Assembly (NCBI GenBank): GCA_043228905.1 | Contig: JBHGNT010000020.1 | Location: 8,618,001 to 8,682,000, forward strand | Direction of reading: 5' to 3' | Length of the DNA: 64,000 bases | Source of the DNA: Azolla caroliniana | Lineage: Eukaryota; Plantae; Polypodiophyta | Shown: piece after piece, positions 12,887-26,100 of the stretch | Layout: each line of letters opens with the position of its first letter | How positions within the stretch are numbered: position 1 is the first letter of the stretch | The notes under the pieces: model-generated | The model's input: the letters and a program-made list of their open reading frames with translations, nothing else | What the model was told of the DNA's origin: nothing | Databases searched by the model: none | Position numbers and translations under genes: made by a program

Positions 12887-15800
12887 ATAACAATTCTAAT
12901 AGAGGCCATTTTAGGTATTGGTGAAAATGTTTCCTCATAATCTAGAGCATATGTTTGAGAATAACCTTTAGCCACTAATCTTGGTTTACATCTATTCAAA
13001 GTACCATCAGAATTGAACCTAGACTTATATACCAACTTACAATCAATTACCTTTTTATCATTCTTGTATAGTGCATCAATTTCTTCCTGCAGAGCACACT
13101 TCCATTCTCTTTTCTTATATGCATCTTCAAAACAATTAGGCTCAATAAAATCATCAACTTTTGCCATAAAGAAATAATGTTGTGCAAATGCAACTATCAT
13201 ATGTTAACCTGTGAACAGGTTTTCTTACTGTACTAGATCTTCTTAATTGTGAAGTTGTCCCACGATTTATGTCAGCTTCTTTAACATAATCATCAATTTT
13301 CTCATTCTCATTATCAACATCGTTTTCTTGATCCACGCTACTTAGCTTACTTGACAAAGGCATTTCAACATCACATTCTAATGTTTTCCTATTTTGCATT
13401 TCATCAAATTTTACACTCTTTGAGATGGAAAACTTCTCATCATCTATATCAAAACATCTATATCCATTTTTTATGACATCAATCCCTAGGAAAATACACT
13501 TTATAGCCTTTTCATCAAGCTTTTTCCTTTCTTGATTAGGAACATACACATAGCAAATACATCCAAAAACTTTTAATGTATCAACTCGAGGCGTTTTATT
13601 ATAAAACATTCATAAGGAGTATTGTTACCAATTATGGTTGTTGGCATTCTATTTATCAAAGTCACTGCATAGTGACATGCGTCAACCCAAAACCTTTTTG
13701 ACAAATTTACTTCAAATAGCATTGCTCTAGCTGTCTCTAGTATGTGTCTATTTTTCCTTTTTGCAATTCCATTCATTTGAGGAGTGTATTTAGGTGTGAC
13801 TTGCCTTATAATACCATTTTCTATTAAGAACTTATCAACTTCATTTGACATATACTCAATTCCTCCATCACTTCGAAGCATTTTAATTTTTCTATTACAT
13901 TGATTTTCAGCAATTTTCTTGAATTCAATGAACGTTGTAAAAACGTCACTTTTATTTTTTACAAAGTATATCCACACCATTCTAGAATAATCATCAATGA
14001 ATGTTACAAAATACCTTATCCTCCAATCCTCCAATAATCCACATCCGTAGGAACCAACTCCAATGGGTGGTTGAAAGTTGGATTTCTCATCGGCATTACC
14101 GTCCTTGTGAACTTTGCTTTACAACACGGGTCACAAAAAGGTAGGACACAATCTCTATTAAACTTTGGCAATCCATGAACCAAATCATTATTACTCATAT
14201 TTAGCAATCTTTTTGCACTCACATGTCCCAATCTTTTATGCCACAACTCAAACTCATTTTTTTCATTTGCAATCATGCATTTCTTTTCTGTGTCATTCAA
14301 TATGAACATTCGTCCTACTTTTCTTCCGATTACAAGCATTTCTCCTGTGTTTGAACTTGTTATTGTACATCCATACTTATTAAACAATACATCCATATCT
14401 TTCTCAACTGCTTGACCAATATAAATTAAATTCTTTTTAACACCAGGTACATACCACACATCTTTTAACTTTTTGTACATGTCATTCGACAAATGCAATT
14501 GAACATCTCCACAACTTTTTACATCATAACATGTATCATCACCCATAAAAATTTCAATTGGAGTGGACAAACCCTTTGTTGCGTCAAACAAACCACAATC
14601 TCTAGTCATGTGATTTGAACAACCAGAATCAAGATACCAAGCAATATTTGCATTCTTACCAATTGTAACTGCAAGTGCATTTTTATCACATGTATTCTCA
14701 ACATGTTTATCTACTTGAATAATACTACTGGATGCATAATTACTTTCAGTATATTTCCATTCTTTATATCACTTTGTCTACTCCAATAGTCTTGCACATG
14801 ATGCCCAATCTTATTACAATAAAAACACTTAATAGTTGAGGCTGAATAGCCATGAAAATTACCTTGATTATTATGAAACTTTCGTCCTCTCTGCATTCTC
14901 CCTCTCCCTCTATTATTATTGTTATTGTAGTTCTCACCTTCTTGTTTATTTTCATTGTAAATTTGTTCATTTAGCCATCTTCCACGAGCTTGATTTCTTC
15001 CTCGTTGTTGCCACCCATCCTCTTACTCTTGGAGATTTTCCTCTATTAGCATAGAAGGATGGTTCCTCATTCCAATCCTTATAACTCTTTGATGAACTTG
15101 TAATTTGTTCTTCTTGTAGCAACTTAGGAATCAACTCATCAAATGATGGTATTCCAACAACATAAATGGATGTTTTAAATATATTAAAGTTTGATGGCAA
15201 TCCTTTCAAACATACATGCACAATATCATCATCATCCACAATACAATCTATCAATGCCAAATCCTCCACAATTTTTGCTAAATTTTCCAACATAATCCAT
15301 GATTGTCATGTTTCTATCCAATGCATACTAACATTTTGTAATTGCTCTTTTCGTTGCATCTTTCTAGCCAAAGACACATTCGAAAAAATCTTTTCTAATG
15401 TATTCCACATTTCCTTAGTAGTATTACAATGCCTTATATGTGGAATCAAAGATGATGAAAGAGTGTTTGAAAGTATTACCATGGCTTGTGCATCCTTTTT
15501 ATTCCAATCCTTTGCATCCTCAATAACACCAGATTCTTTTTCCTTTCCCTTTCTATCTTCTTCTTTTATTGTAGGACTAGGTTGATCATTAACAACTATA
15601 TACCACAATTCTTCGGCTTTTAAAAACAACATGACTTTATACTTTCATGATGCATAATTATCTTTAGTCAATTTTTCAAGTTTCGCTACTTGAACAGACA
15701 TATTGAATGCAAATACGTAAGGATCTTAATTAAAAATGTTTACCAAAAAACCGTCGTTGTTGAAAAACTTGTGTGTTCGTGATAGGTTGATGCTTGACGG

Positions 15801-16391
15801 CCTTTCGATATGTTGTCACGATAATTGTAGAAGAAATCGCTTATTGTTGAGATGTTGATACTGATAGTTCAGATGAGGAAGGAAAGGTTGTACAAAAGTT
15901 GTCTATGGTGTTGAGATGTTGATATTGATTGGTGAGTTTCTGGAGAAGTAATAGAAGAAATGTAATGATGGGAGAATCTTTGGCAGAGATGAACGGTTGA
16001 TTATGGCTCTGATACCATGTTGAAATCTAGATATATGAGATATCTTCAAAAATAAGTCTTATTGAACGGTGGGGGAAAGCCCCCTTTATATAAGATGAAG
16101 CATGCGAGCATGTACGCCACATGCTCGCCACATGGCTTCATGTATGCATGACATTGTATGCATTACATGATACATTTCCTTATTATAAGCTCTATCGTAT
16201 ATAAAGTAAAGGTGCCAGGTTCAAATCCCTATATGCCTATTATCCTATTGTGCTTGATCCTCAAGAGTAATGTCGTCGACCTGGATCACTTTGTATATTA
16301 TCGACTCTCTATGTCGACTCCCCTTTGTCTTCGACTATCGACTCTCGGCCCAAACAATCTTCTCTTCCCATAGGAGAGACATATTCCTAAC
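12887..16391 (-). mobile_element. AT-rich copia element 'C': 5' LTR, PBS, gag-PR-INT and the start of RT, cut at 12887 by element A
   Basis: Perfect Met-i PBS (gctctgatacca, 16006-16017) abuts the LTR end at 16018. Zinc knuckle CFYCNKIGH, LWHKRLGH, INT RSDGGIEY and RT start EETFSP are present. Frameshifted. Confidence 0.88.
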
Positions 16392-16430
16392 TGTAAAGAA
16401 TTGGATGGATTTTGGAGCGGAAGAACAATA

Positions 16431-16478
<48 letters not shown>

Positions 16479-19400
16479 GATTATAGAAAATCAGAAAACT
16501 GTATTACAAAGGAAGCAAGAATAACCAACAACATCACAAAGAGAGGGAGAAGGTGCTTATGTAGTCACCTTCTCTCTAAGTTCTCTCACTAGAACCGCCT
16601 CTTGGGAAAGAGGTTGTCTTAACTACTTAAAGAATATGTTTCATAGGACATTCACTTCTATGACAAACTAGTTACTATACAAGGAGATGGGGTGTTCACA
16701 CACTTGAGTATCCTAGAGTGTGTTCCCACTCACTGGAAGTTGAGTTTGATTCTCAACACATCCCTTCAAACACAACTTTTGGTCGTCGGATGGTTGGTTC
16801 AGATTGGTCCTCGGGGGTATACTCCTACTGCTCCTTACTCCCCCTCAAGCTCGGCTAGTCGATGGTCGAAAGACCTAGGTCGGTCGTGAACTGTCGTAGC
16901 TTGTCGATTCCTAGGGCTTTGGTGAAGATGTCCGTCGTCTTCAAGTTTTGTGTTGAGGTGTTGCAGGTTAACATCCCTGGCCAGAACACGCTCTCAGATG
17001 AAGTGATAGTGCACTTCGATGTGCTTAGTCCGAGCATGGAAGAGTGGGTTTTGAGCAAGGTGGATATTGCTCATGTTGTTGCAGTAGAGGAGAATTGGAT
17101 CCTTGATGGGAACACCCAGATCCTTCAAGATTCTCTTGAGCCAAATGGCTTTGCATGCGGCTATGGCCGCGCCCCTGTATTCGGTTTTGGTGCTCGACAG
17201 TGTGATTGTCGGTTGTTTCTTACTACTCCATGATATGGCGCCACTACCAACAAAATAAACAAATCTGGATGTTGATCGTCGGTCGGCTTTGTAGCTGGCC
17301 CATTCGGCATCGGTATAACCTTCGAGTCGTATCGGTGTGGCCGATTTGTAAATGATTCTGAAATCCATGGCTCCACTCACATACCTTAGCACTCGCATAG
17401 CACAATCGAGATGGATGTCTCGCGGAGTTTGCATGAACTAACTAAGGAGGTTAACCAGGTAATTGTGAGGTAGATGAGGCTTCCGACTAGTTGACGATAG
17501 TGCATTGGCTCACACTCTCTAGTGCCTGAGTCGACATCTAGCTTTAGATTTCGATCGAGAGGAGTAGTGACGGGCTTACACTGTGTCATCCCAAACTTCT
17601 AAAGAAGATTGAGGATATAGTGCTTTTGAGAAAGCATGATGCCGTCTCGAGTCTGAATTACTTCTATTCCTAGAAAGTAATGGAGCTCCTTCATATTAGT
17701 CATTTCGAATTAGCTGGAGAGGAGCTTCTTGGTGTGCTGAATATCCGCTAAATGCTCTCCTCTTATGACCAAGTCATCCACATAAATGATGATAAATACA
17801 TGTCCTCTGGAGTCGCTCTGGATGAATAGAGAGTTGTCGGACTTGGACATGTTGAAGTTGATTTGATGAAGATATTGTGTTATCTTCGAATGCCATGCTC
17901 TTGGTGCTTGCTTGAGGCCGTAGAGAGGGGAGTTAGCAGACATCAATCGGATGCGCAGTCGACATGAATCCGGCTAGTTGTACCATGTACACCTCTTCGT
18001 CTAACTCGTCTTGTAGAAAGGCATTCTTTATGTCCATTTGGTGGAGATGCTAGCCTTTTGTTGCTGCAAGCGCAATCACGGTTCAAATTGTAGTCATTTT
18101 TGCCACTGGGGCAAAGGTCTCTTCGTAGTCGAAACCATGCGTCTGCGTGTAGCCCTTCGCCACAAGTTGGGCCTTGTACTAATGGACAGTGTCGTCGGCG
18201 TTGTCCTTTACTTTGAAGATCCACCGGCATCCAATTGCCTTTTGGTGGTTTGCAAAAGGGACGAGATCCCATCTCTCGTTCTTGGAGAGTGCTTGCATCT
18301 CCTCATTCATCGATTTGACCCATCTAGGGTCCTTCGCGGCTTCCGAATAGTTTTCTGGTTCTCAGACTGTCGACACCTTCATCATGAATGCATAATGATA
18401 TGCCATGTAGTCGTCGTAGCCGAATCGGTTAACTACGTTCTTTTCTCCGGTGGATCGACGTGGTTCTCTTGGTGTCCTCATGATGGGCACATCCAATCCA
18501 CCAAACTCATTGTCGGGTAAGTGAGTCAATTCATTTCCAGCTGAGTCTTCGTACTCAGGCATTTTGGCCTTTCCTTTGTCCTGTTTCGAACTCGACCGCG
18601 ACGTACTTGGGTCGCTTGGAGGCTCTTGTGGTCCACTCAACCTGGTTGAGATTGGACTTTCCTCTTATGTGAACCTTGGTTGATCATTCTCCCCCGCATC
18701 TGTGTTGAACTCTGTTTCAACTGTGCCGGATGGGGCTGATTCGACTATATACCAGGATGCTGACTTGTCGAATACTACATCCCTACTCACTCGTACCATC
18801 TTGGTGGAAGGGTTGAAGCACTTATACCCTTTTTACTCGAGTGAGTACCCTACAAGTATACATTTCTTCGACTTGGGATCGAGCTTTTGCCACTTCTCGT
18901 CGGGAATATGTACATATGCAATTGACCTGAATATCCTAACGTGAGATAGATTTGGTTTCTTCCCATAGAACTTTTCGTAGGGGGTAACTTCGTGCACTTC
19001 TAATGTTGTGTAGCGATTCATCATATAAACGTTCATATTCGCCGCTTCAACCAAATATGACTTTGGCAGATGTTTCTCGTTCATCATTGCCCTTGCCACC
19101 TCGAGTATGTGCCGATTCTTGCGTTCGGCGAATCTGTTCTGCTGAGGTGTGTGTGGTAGTATTCCTTCTTGTCGAAGATATGTTGGAAAGGCGTCGGAGA
19201 AGTACTCTTTGTTGTCATCCGATCGAAGGCATCTACATGCCGACCGGTTGCCTTTTCGACTTCGTTTTTCAACCTTTGGAAGTGTCTGAACACTTTGCTC
19301 TTCTGTCGCATAGGGTAGATCCGGGTATGTATGGAGAAGTTGTTGATGAATGTTACGTAGTATTGGCAACCACGACATGTTTCTGTCTAGGGTGGTCCCC

Positions 19401-20256
19401 ATACATCTGAGTGTATTACATCTAGGATCCCTTTCCTTATGTTCGTCTCCTTTGGGAACGGTTGACGGTGTTTTTTGCCGAGTTGACAAGCTTCACACAT
19501 GCCTTCTCTCTCATTTTCGGTAAAAGTTGGAAGGTCGAAGACGACTCCTTTCGATTGCATTCCTCTGAGCTTTTGGAGGTTAATGTGACTAATTTGCTTG
19601 TGCCACTACTCTATGTCGGCATCAACTCTCTGGCCCTTGGCATACATTGCCAAGTTCATCTTATGAGAGTTGAGAATGAACATCTGACCTTCTCTCCGAC
19701 CCCGAGTGATGAGTCGGCCTTCTTTTTCAATGAAGCATCCTCCATCGTTGAAGCGGACTTGCATGGCTTGTTCGACTATCTGGCTGATTGAGATTGGGTT
19801 CTTTGTTATTGTACGAACATGTAGAACATTCTTGATGTAGGTTTGGTTGCCTTCTTCCCCAAATGGGACATTTTCGATATGCAGAATGGGGTGGATTGTG
19901 TCATCCCCAATTTCCACATAGCCGAGTCATTCAGGCTTCCGTAGCTCCTTGAACCAATCCTCGTGGGATGCCATGTGGTTGGATGCACCCGAGTCGATGA
20001 ACCATACATCTTTTGGTTTGGAGGTGTTGGTCGGTTGGAGGTTGTCATCTAGTTCACTCTATGCCTCATCACAAACATGCTGCCATGATTGTCTTAGTCG
20101 GAGTTGGAGGCGTAGTTTGTGAGTTGTCGGCTTGTGGAGGCCGACTCACCCTTCTTTTTCCGAATCTCTGCCACAGTATCCGCACTAAGCGGGATTGTTT
20201 TGACGGCTGGGTCCGGCCTGATTGCTTCCCCTTCTTCCGGATGCTCCACCTCGCGC

Positions 20257-21025
20257 TGTCGTGAAGAAAACCGTCCATAGGCGGAATCGGCGCACCAAGG
20301 CGTGGGAACCGGTTCTTCACGCGCGCACGCTCCAAGTTGTACATAGAAGCGAATTAGGAGGATAATCGGCAGGAACGGGCCCTAACTCAAGTGGAGACAA
20401 AGACCGCGCGAACAGTCTTTTCGGTCGCGCGCGCGAACTGTACGAGTCGGCGGCGTAACTACGCGGATGCGTGAAAAACGGAGCGGATCCCTGTCCAAAA
20501 GGGACAGGGAATAAAGCTGACACGACGGCCTGCTCGTTGGCCTATATAAGGAGCGGGAAAGAGCTGTTGCAGGGATCTCGCGCGGAGAGGACGAAGTGCT
20601 GTCGGACCGTTTCTGGACGCTTCTCTCTCTCTGTTACCTTCCTTCTTGAGCTCCGTAGCCTTTCTGTGCAGGGTTCCGAGGAGGCTCGCGCTGTTTCGAG
20701 GAACGCCCGAGTGCTTCCGGCAGCCCCTTTGAGCGTCGAAGTGAACAGGCATCGGCATCTGTTCGCCGACCTGTTCGGTTGTAACCAACCTGTGCCCCGT
20801 CGAGGGTTGTAGTCGTGTTAGCCATTTTTCTTAATATACATATTTAGTCATTCGCATCTGTCTGTGTCGGTGTCTGTTCGCGTTCACCGTGCTGAAGGGC
20901 CGCGTCCCTGTGTATCCCCGGCCGCGTAGCCGGTTCTCTCCCTTTCTCCTCCCTCGCTTGCTCTTTGGTTCGAGACCCCCGCGGTCCCGCCTCGTTTCCA
21001 CACGCACTTGCGTAAAATCTCGACA
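20257..21025 (+). repeat. 5' LTR of gypsy D
   Basis: TGTCG...CGACA termini, cctatataag TATA box at about 20541, duplicated at 26747-27515. Confidence 0.97.
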
Positions 21026-21029
21026 TCTT

Positions 21030-21046
21030 TGGTGAACCCGACGTGA
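21030..21046 (+). promoter_or_regulatory. primer-binding site, probably tRNA-Trp
   Basis: TGGTGAACCCGACGTGA lies 4 nt after the LTR. It is complementary to the plant tRNA-Trp 3' end as I recall it (...TCACGTCGGGTTCACCA). Confidence 0.8.
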
Positions 21047-21069
21047 AAGAGGCGGCAGAAGAGCAGAAG

Positions 21070-23196
21070 ATGAGGGGGTCGGATCTCGCAGAGGCCATGG
21101 CTTCGGCCGTGGATCGGATTGTAAACGCGCGCGAGAGCACCGGTGCCCTCGACAGAGCTATTGAGGCGGTCGTCGGCACGATCGGCCGGTTCGATGGGAA
21201 GGATGCCACGAAGTATTTGGCGTCCTACGGTGCAGAGATGCTGATGCGGGACATTCCGGAAGAAAGGCGTCTTGCCGGATTTCCCCGAGTGGCGATGCCG
21301 AGCATCCATGCGGAGGTGCTCGAGGTGCGGACGGAGAGCCGTACCTGGGAGGAGTTCGAAGGTCGGCTCCTAGAGAAATACGGGCTGGACGACGCGCTCC
21401 GGCTTTCGAAGCGAAGGTTCATGGAATGGGTGGAGTCCCCGGGGAAGGGAAGAAACGCGTCGGCGCTCCTCCGGGAGTTCGAGGAAAACTTTGCGCGCCT
21501 TTCGGCGCTCGACCGAACCATCCTGGACACGAGCCGGGTCTTGCTGTTTGTCAAGTCGGTCGACGAGCGGGATCGGGAGCAAGTGGGCCTCTTGCTGGAA
21601 ACCGAAGACGGGCTCACTACCGACTGGGCGGCTGTCAGGAAGGTCTGTGGCCGTTTCGACAAACGGCGAGAATGGGCGGATAACGGGGCGACCGGGTCGG
21701 GCTCGATCGCAGCAAGGAAGCTCGAACCAGCGCCACAGGTGCGCAAGGAAGAGACCCGGGAGTGGTTGGAAACCGGTTCGGCTTCGACCGGCGTAGTCAG
21801 AGGCTCAACCGGAGGAGCGGCGCTGGAGGAATTGACGAAGGCGATAAAGGACCTCCAAATCGCGCAGGCCCGAAGGGAAGGAGGCGAACCGGCTCGTGAC
21901 CGACGGCCGGCGGCAGGAAACAGGTGCATGTGGTGCGATGAAGTCGGCCACATTCGGAAGGACTGCGGCGACTTCGCGGAGGCGCTGAGGGACAGGGCGG
22001 TGTACCTGTGGGAAGGACGGGTGCATGCCAGCGACACCCGAAGGGCCCTGAGCCGAAACGACGGAAAGGGTGGTATGAAAAGGTTGATGGAAGAGGCGGC
22101 GGCCCGACACGCGGAAACCGTCCACTACTCGGCGTCGGCCGGCATTCGAGTCGGGGGCGGCGAGGCCCGAAGGGAAAGCAAAGCCGGATTCTGGCCGACG
22201 ATGCTGGAAGGCCTTGCCGGTGCAAGGCTTAAAGGGGAGGAATCGAACAGTGCGGAGAAACAGGTACGGGAGATGACCGGGTGGAGCGACCCGGTCGAGG
22301 AAAGGACGGGCTTCGTGGAAGCCGCTTGCCAGAACTACGAGGCTCTGGTAGAAGAGAAGCGGGTGGGGAGACCCGGGACGACCGGGCCCTCACAACGATA
22401 CGAGACCCGGTCCGGGCCACGACGGGACGAAGCCGGCGGGGCCGGCATGCAAGATAAACCCCAGAAGGGCGGGTACCGTCTGGGGACGGAGATAGAAAGG
22501 ACCACGGACTTACGAAAGGTCCTGGAGGAACGGATCCTCGACAGCAAGGTGGAGCTGTCGTTACGAGAGGTGCTGGGAATCGCCAAGAAGGAGTTCCACG
22601 ACTCCATCGTGGACTTGGTGAAACGGAAGAGGCTGTCGACGGAGACAGAACCGGAAATACCGGTGGAAGTGCGGACGACGCAACTAGACGACATGGCGCT
22701 GGGAGACGAGTGGGCAGAAAGCCACTATTCGAGACCACACTGGGCCCGAGCGACCACGGAGACCCCGGTGAAGATCGGCGATGTCCGGGAACCGGTGATA
22801 GCTTTGGTGGACCACGGATCGGAGATCAATTTGATGTCCATGGACTTCTATAAGAAGGGCAAATGGCCGATCAACACCAAGCACGGGTGGAAAATAAGGG
22901 CAGCAACGCGCGCCACCGAGGAGCTGCACGGGGCCTGTCCGAATGTGCGAGTCAAGATTGGCGACGTCGAGATTGACCAGCACTTCTTCGTGCAGGAGAC
23001 GTCTTCGCATCCGGTCATTCTGGGAGAGCCGTACATCACGGCGGCGCGAATGGAGACCAAAGTGTTGGACAATGGTTCGGCCTACGCGAGGGTCAAAAGC
23101 CAAGACGGGCGCCATTCGGTCCAGTTTCTGACGGTAAGGCCGAACCACGAACGTAACCGCGATTCCCTCGGTTCCGAAAACCGAGAGGATTTTTAG
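21070..23196 (+). CDS. gag: Gag-protease ORF of gypsy D
   Basis: Open ORF (track 21043-23196; first ATG at 21070) with CCHC knuckle CMWCDEVGHIRKDC and aspartic protease motif LVDHGSEIN. Confidence 0.92.
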   Translation: MRGSDLAEAMASAVDRIVNARESTGALDRAIEAVVGTIGRFDGKDATKYLASYGAEMLMRDIPEERRLAGFPRVAMPSIHAEVLEVRTESRTWEEFEGRLLEKYGLDDALRLSKRRFMEWVESPGKGRNASALLREFEENFARLSALDRTILDTSRVLLFVKSVDERDREQVGLLLETEDGLTTDWAAVRKVCGRFDKRREWADNGATGSGSIAARKLEPAPQVRKEETREWLETGSASTGVVRGSTGGAALEELTKAIKDLQIAQARREGGEPARDRRPAAGNRCMWCDEVGHIRKDCGDFAEALRDRAVYLWEGRVHASDTRRALSRNDGKGGMKRLMEEAAARHAETVHYSASAGIRVGGGEARRESKAGFWPTMLEGLAGARLKGEESNSAEKQVREMTGWSDPVEERTGFVEAACQNYEALVEEKRVGRPGTTGPSQRYETRSGPRRDEAGGAGMQDKPQKGGYRLGTEIERTTDLRKVLEERILDSKVELSLREVLGIAKKEFHDSIVDLVKRKRLSTETEPEIPVEVRTTQLDDMALGDEWAESHYSRPHWARATTETPVKIGDVREPVIALVDHGSEINLMSMDFYKKGKWPINTKHGWKIRAATRATEELHGACPNVRVKIGDVEIDQHFFVQETSSHPVILGEPYITAARMETKVLDNGSAYARVKSQDGRHSVQFLTVRPNHERNRDSLGSENREDF

Positions 23197-26100
23197 AGAG
23201 GACTGCCAAGGCGTGGGGCCGCGACAGTCCGGATGCTCCGGGAAAACCCCACATCTGTACGGTAAAACCGTGTACAATAGGTAGGAAATTTTGCTTCTCC
23301 GACAGCGGAGCGTGTACGATGGTCGGCATCACCGGCCGAGAGAAAACAAAGACGGAGGGAAGACTTCGGGCGTGCGGAGTTCTCGGCCCTGACGAAGGAA
23401 TCGACGGAGCCGTGGAGGCAGTCTCCTTCGACGACACCTTGGGAATGCTGGGGAAGGTAGTCGAAGAAGACTTTAACGAAGACCGGACGATACCGGTATG
23501 TTCCGAAGAAATGTACGAAGTCATCGCGGACTTCGGTCGAGGGCTCGAGTCGGAACGGACGGCCCGAGTGAGCACCAAGTACAAGACGGTGGACCGGAAG
23601 GTGAGGCCAGTTGCAGCGCCCTTACCGGAGGGCAGCGAATCCCGAATCAAAGGGGTTGCATCGGATCCCAGCTTACGAGATCGGGCCTGCATAGGACACA
23701 CCTTCACCAACGAGACGCTCCGCGAGCTGAAGATCGGTGGGGGCGGGTTCCTACTGCCGGCGGAGGAAGACCGGTTCCGGAGGATGCTCGGAAGGCACGG
23801 GAAAGCCTTCGCATTCTCGCCGGAGGAAATCGGGTGCGTGGACCCGACGATCGTAGAGCCGATGGTGATATTCACGGTACCTCATGTACCGTGGAATCTC
23901 AAGCCAATTTCGGTTCCGAGAGCTCACATCCCGAAGTTGATGGAGCTGTTGAAGCAGAAAGTTGATATGGGCATTCTCGAGCCGTCGAGCGCCCCGTATT
24001 CAAACCGCTGGTTTACCGTACCAAAGAAAAACGGATCATTGCGCTTCATTCAGGACCTGCAGCCGGTCAATAGAGTGACCATTCGGAACGTGGGGATCGG
24101 ACCGACCATAGACGAGTTCGCGGAGGCCTTCGCCGGAAGGTCGATTTACTCGGTCGGTGATCTATACTCAGGGTATGACCAGTTCCAGCTAGCCGTGGAG
24201 AGCAGAGACATTACGACGATGCGAACGCCCCTCGGCCTAGTGCGGATGTGTACGCTGCTGCAAGGAGGGACCAACTCGGTGGCCCACATGGTGAATGCGA
24301 TGAACAAGGTGCTGAGGGACTGCATCCCGAACATCACCATGCCGTTTCTAGACGACATCCCGATCAAGGGATGCCCGGTAGAAGAGAAGGACGAGACGAT
24401 CGGGCCGGACGGATGCCGGCGATTCGTGACGGCGCACATCGACGACTGCGAGAAGGTGCTGCAAAGGCTAGAGGATGCGAGGCTCACCTTCTCGGGGGAG
24501 AAATCAGCCTTCGGGCAGTCGGAAATCATGGTGGTCGGACACTTATGTGGGCCATATGGCCGGAAACCGTCTCCGGCAAAGGTAGAAGCCATCTCCGCGA
24601 TGAAGCCCGACTGCAGCTCGGTCACGGAAGTACGAAGATTCCTGGGGGCATGCGCATTCTACCACATATGGATCCCGCATTACGCCCACGTTGCGGAGCC
24701 GCTATACGGATTATTGAGGAAAGGGCGAAGATTCGAATGGCTAGACAAGCACACGGAGTCGGTCCGGAAGCTGAAGGAGGCTCTTTCGGCAGCACCGGCG
24801 CTCCGAAAGGCCGTCTACAGGAAGGGCACCCCAGTGTACATAACGGTTGACACGAGTCCGACCGGAATCGGGTGGGTCGTCAACCAAGAAGACGAGGACG
24901 GCAATCGGTTTCCGATCCGATTCGGCGCGAAGGTCCTCAGCGAACGGCAGCGAGGTTACGCCCAGGTTAAACGCGAACTCTGGGGTATCGTTTCGGCGGT
25001 GAAGGCCGACAAGGACTATCTGATCGGGACGGAGGTAATCATAGAGACGGATTGCATGCCGATTCTCGGCATGGTTTCCGGATGCGCGACGCCGGACCTG
25101 GCAATGCTCAGGTGGATAGCGTATATCAAGTCCCTAGACCCGGTAATACGACACATTTCCGGGAAAGACAACGCCATGGCCGACATGCTTTCAAGGGCGA
25201 GATTCGATAACGAGGGCGGCATGGTTTCGGAGGACGAAGAGGTCGGCGTGGACTTCTTCGAGACTGCGTATGTAACAACCGACGGAACAAGCACTCCGGC
25301 GCTTAACGACTTCGACGCGAGCAAGTACGACGGGGAGTGGCTGCAGATCGGTGGGTTTTTGCAGACAATGACGCCCGATGCGTCATGGACGAAGGACGAG
25401 GCCAACCGGATCCGGAAGAAAGCGTACCGGTTCTTCCTCCGGGATGGCTATCTATGGAAGCACCCGAAGAAGAGGGACGGCGCTCCGCTCCGGGTGGTGG
25501 CGATGAAGGAAGAACGGGAGGAGCTGCTGACGGCCTACCACGACAGCCCTTGGGCTGGACACCGTGGAACATGGGCTACGTTTGAGAAACTGAAGGGGAA
25601 GTATTGGTGGCCGGGGCAGTACCAGGACGTGCATCGGTTCGTGACAACTTGCGAGAGCTGTCAGATGCACTCCATAGTCCGACATCGGGACGAGCTTCAC
25701 CCCACGTACCCTCCGACCATCCACTTCAAATGGATGGTAGATCTGGTGACGATGCCAATGGGGGTAGGACAGATGCGGTACCTGGTCCTAGCGCGGGAGG
25801 ATCTGACGAACCAGGTGGAAGGCCGGGCCCTTTCGAACAAAACAACCGCGGCCGTATGCCGGTTCTTAATCGAGGACGTGATATGCCGGTACGGGTGCGT
25901 CGGGAAGATCGTGGCTGACCGAGGGGAGTTGGACGCCGAAGAAGCCGCGGAGCTGTTCGACCGGCTGGGAGTCAAGCTCTCGCTCACCACTGCGTACAAT
26001 CCGGAGGCGAATGGAAAGGTGGAGCGCGGACACGGACCGATCGTCAAGGCATTGGTTCGGGCATGCAGAGGCCGAGTCGGTAACTGGCCGCGGCTGCTAC

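Noticed and set aside
16104-16128. Hairpin gcgagcatgt-N5-acatgctcgc as a terminator or ncRNA
   Set aside because: A single short stem inside a copia LTR with no other support.
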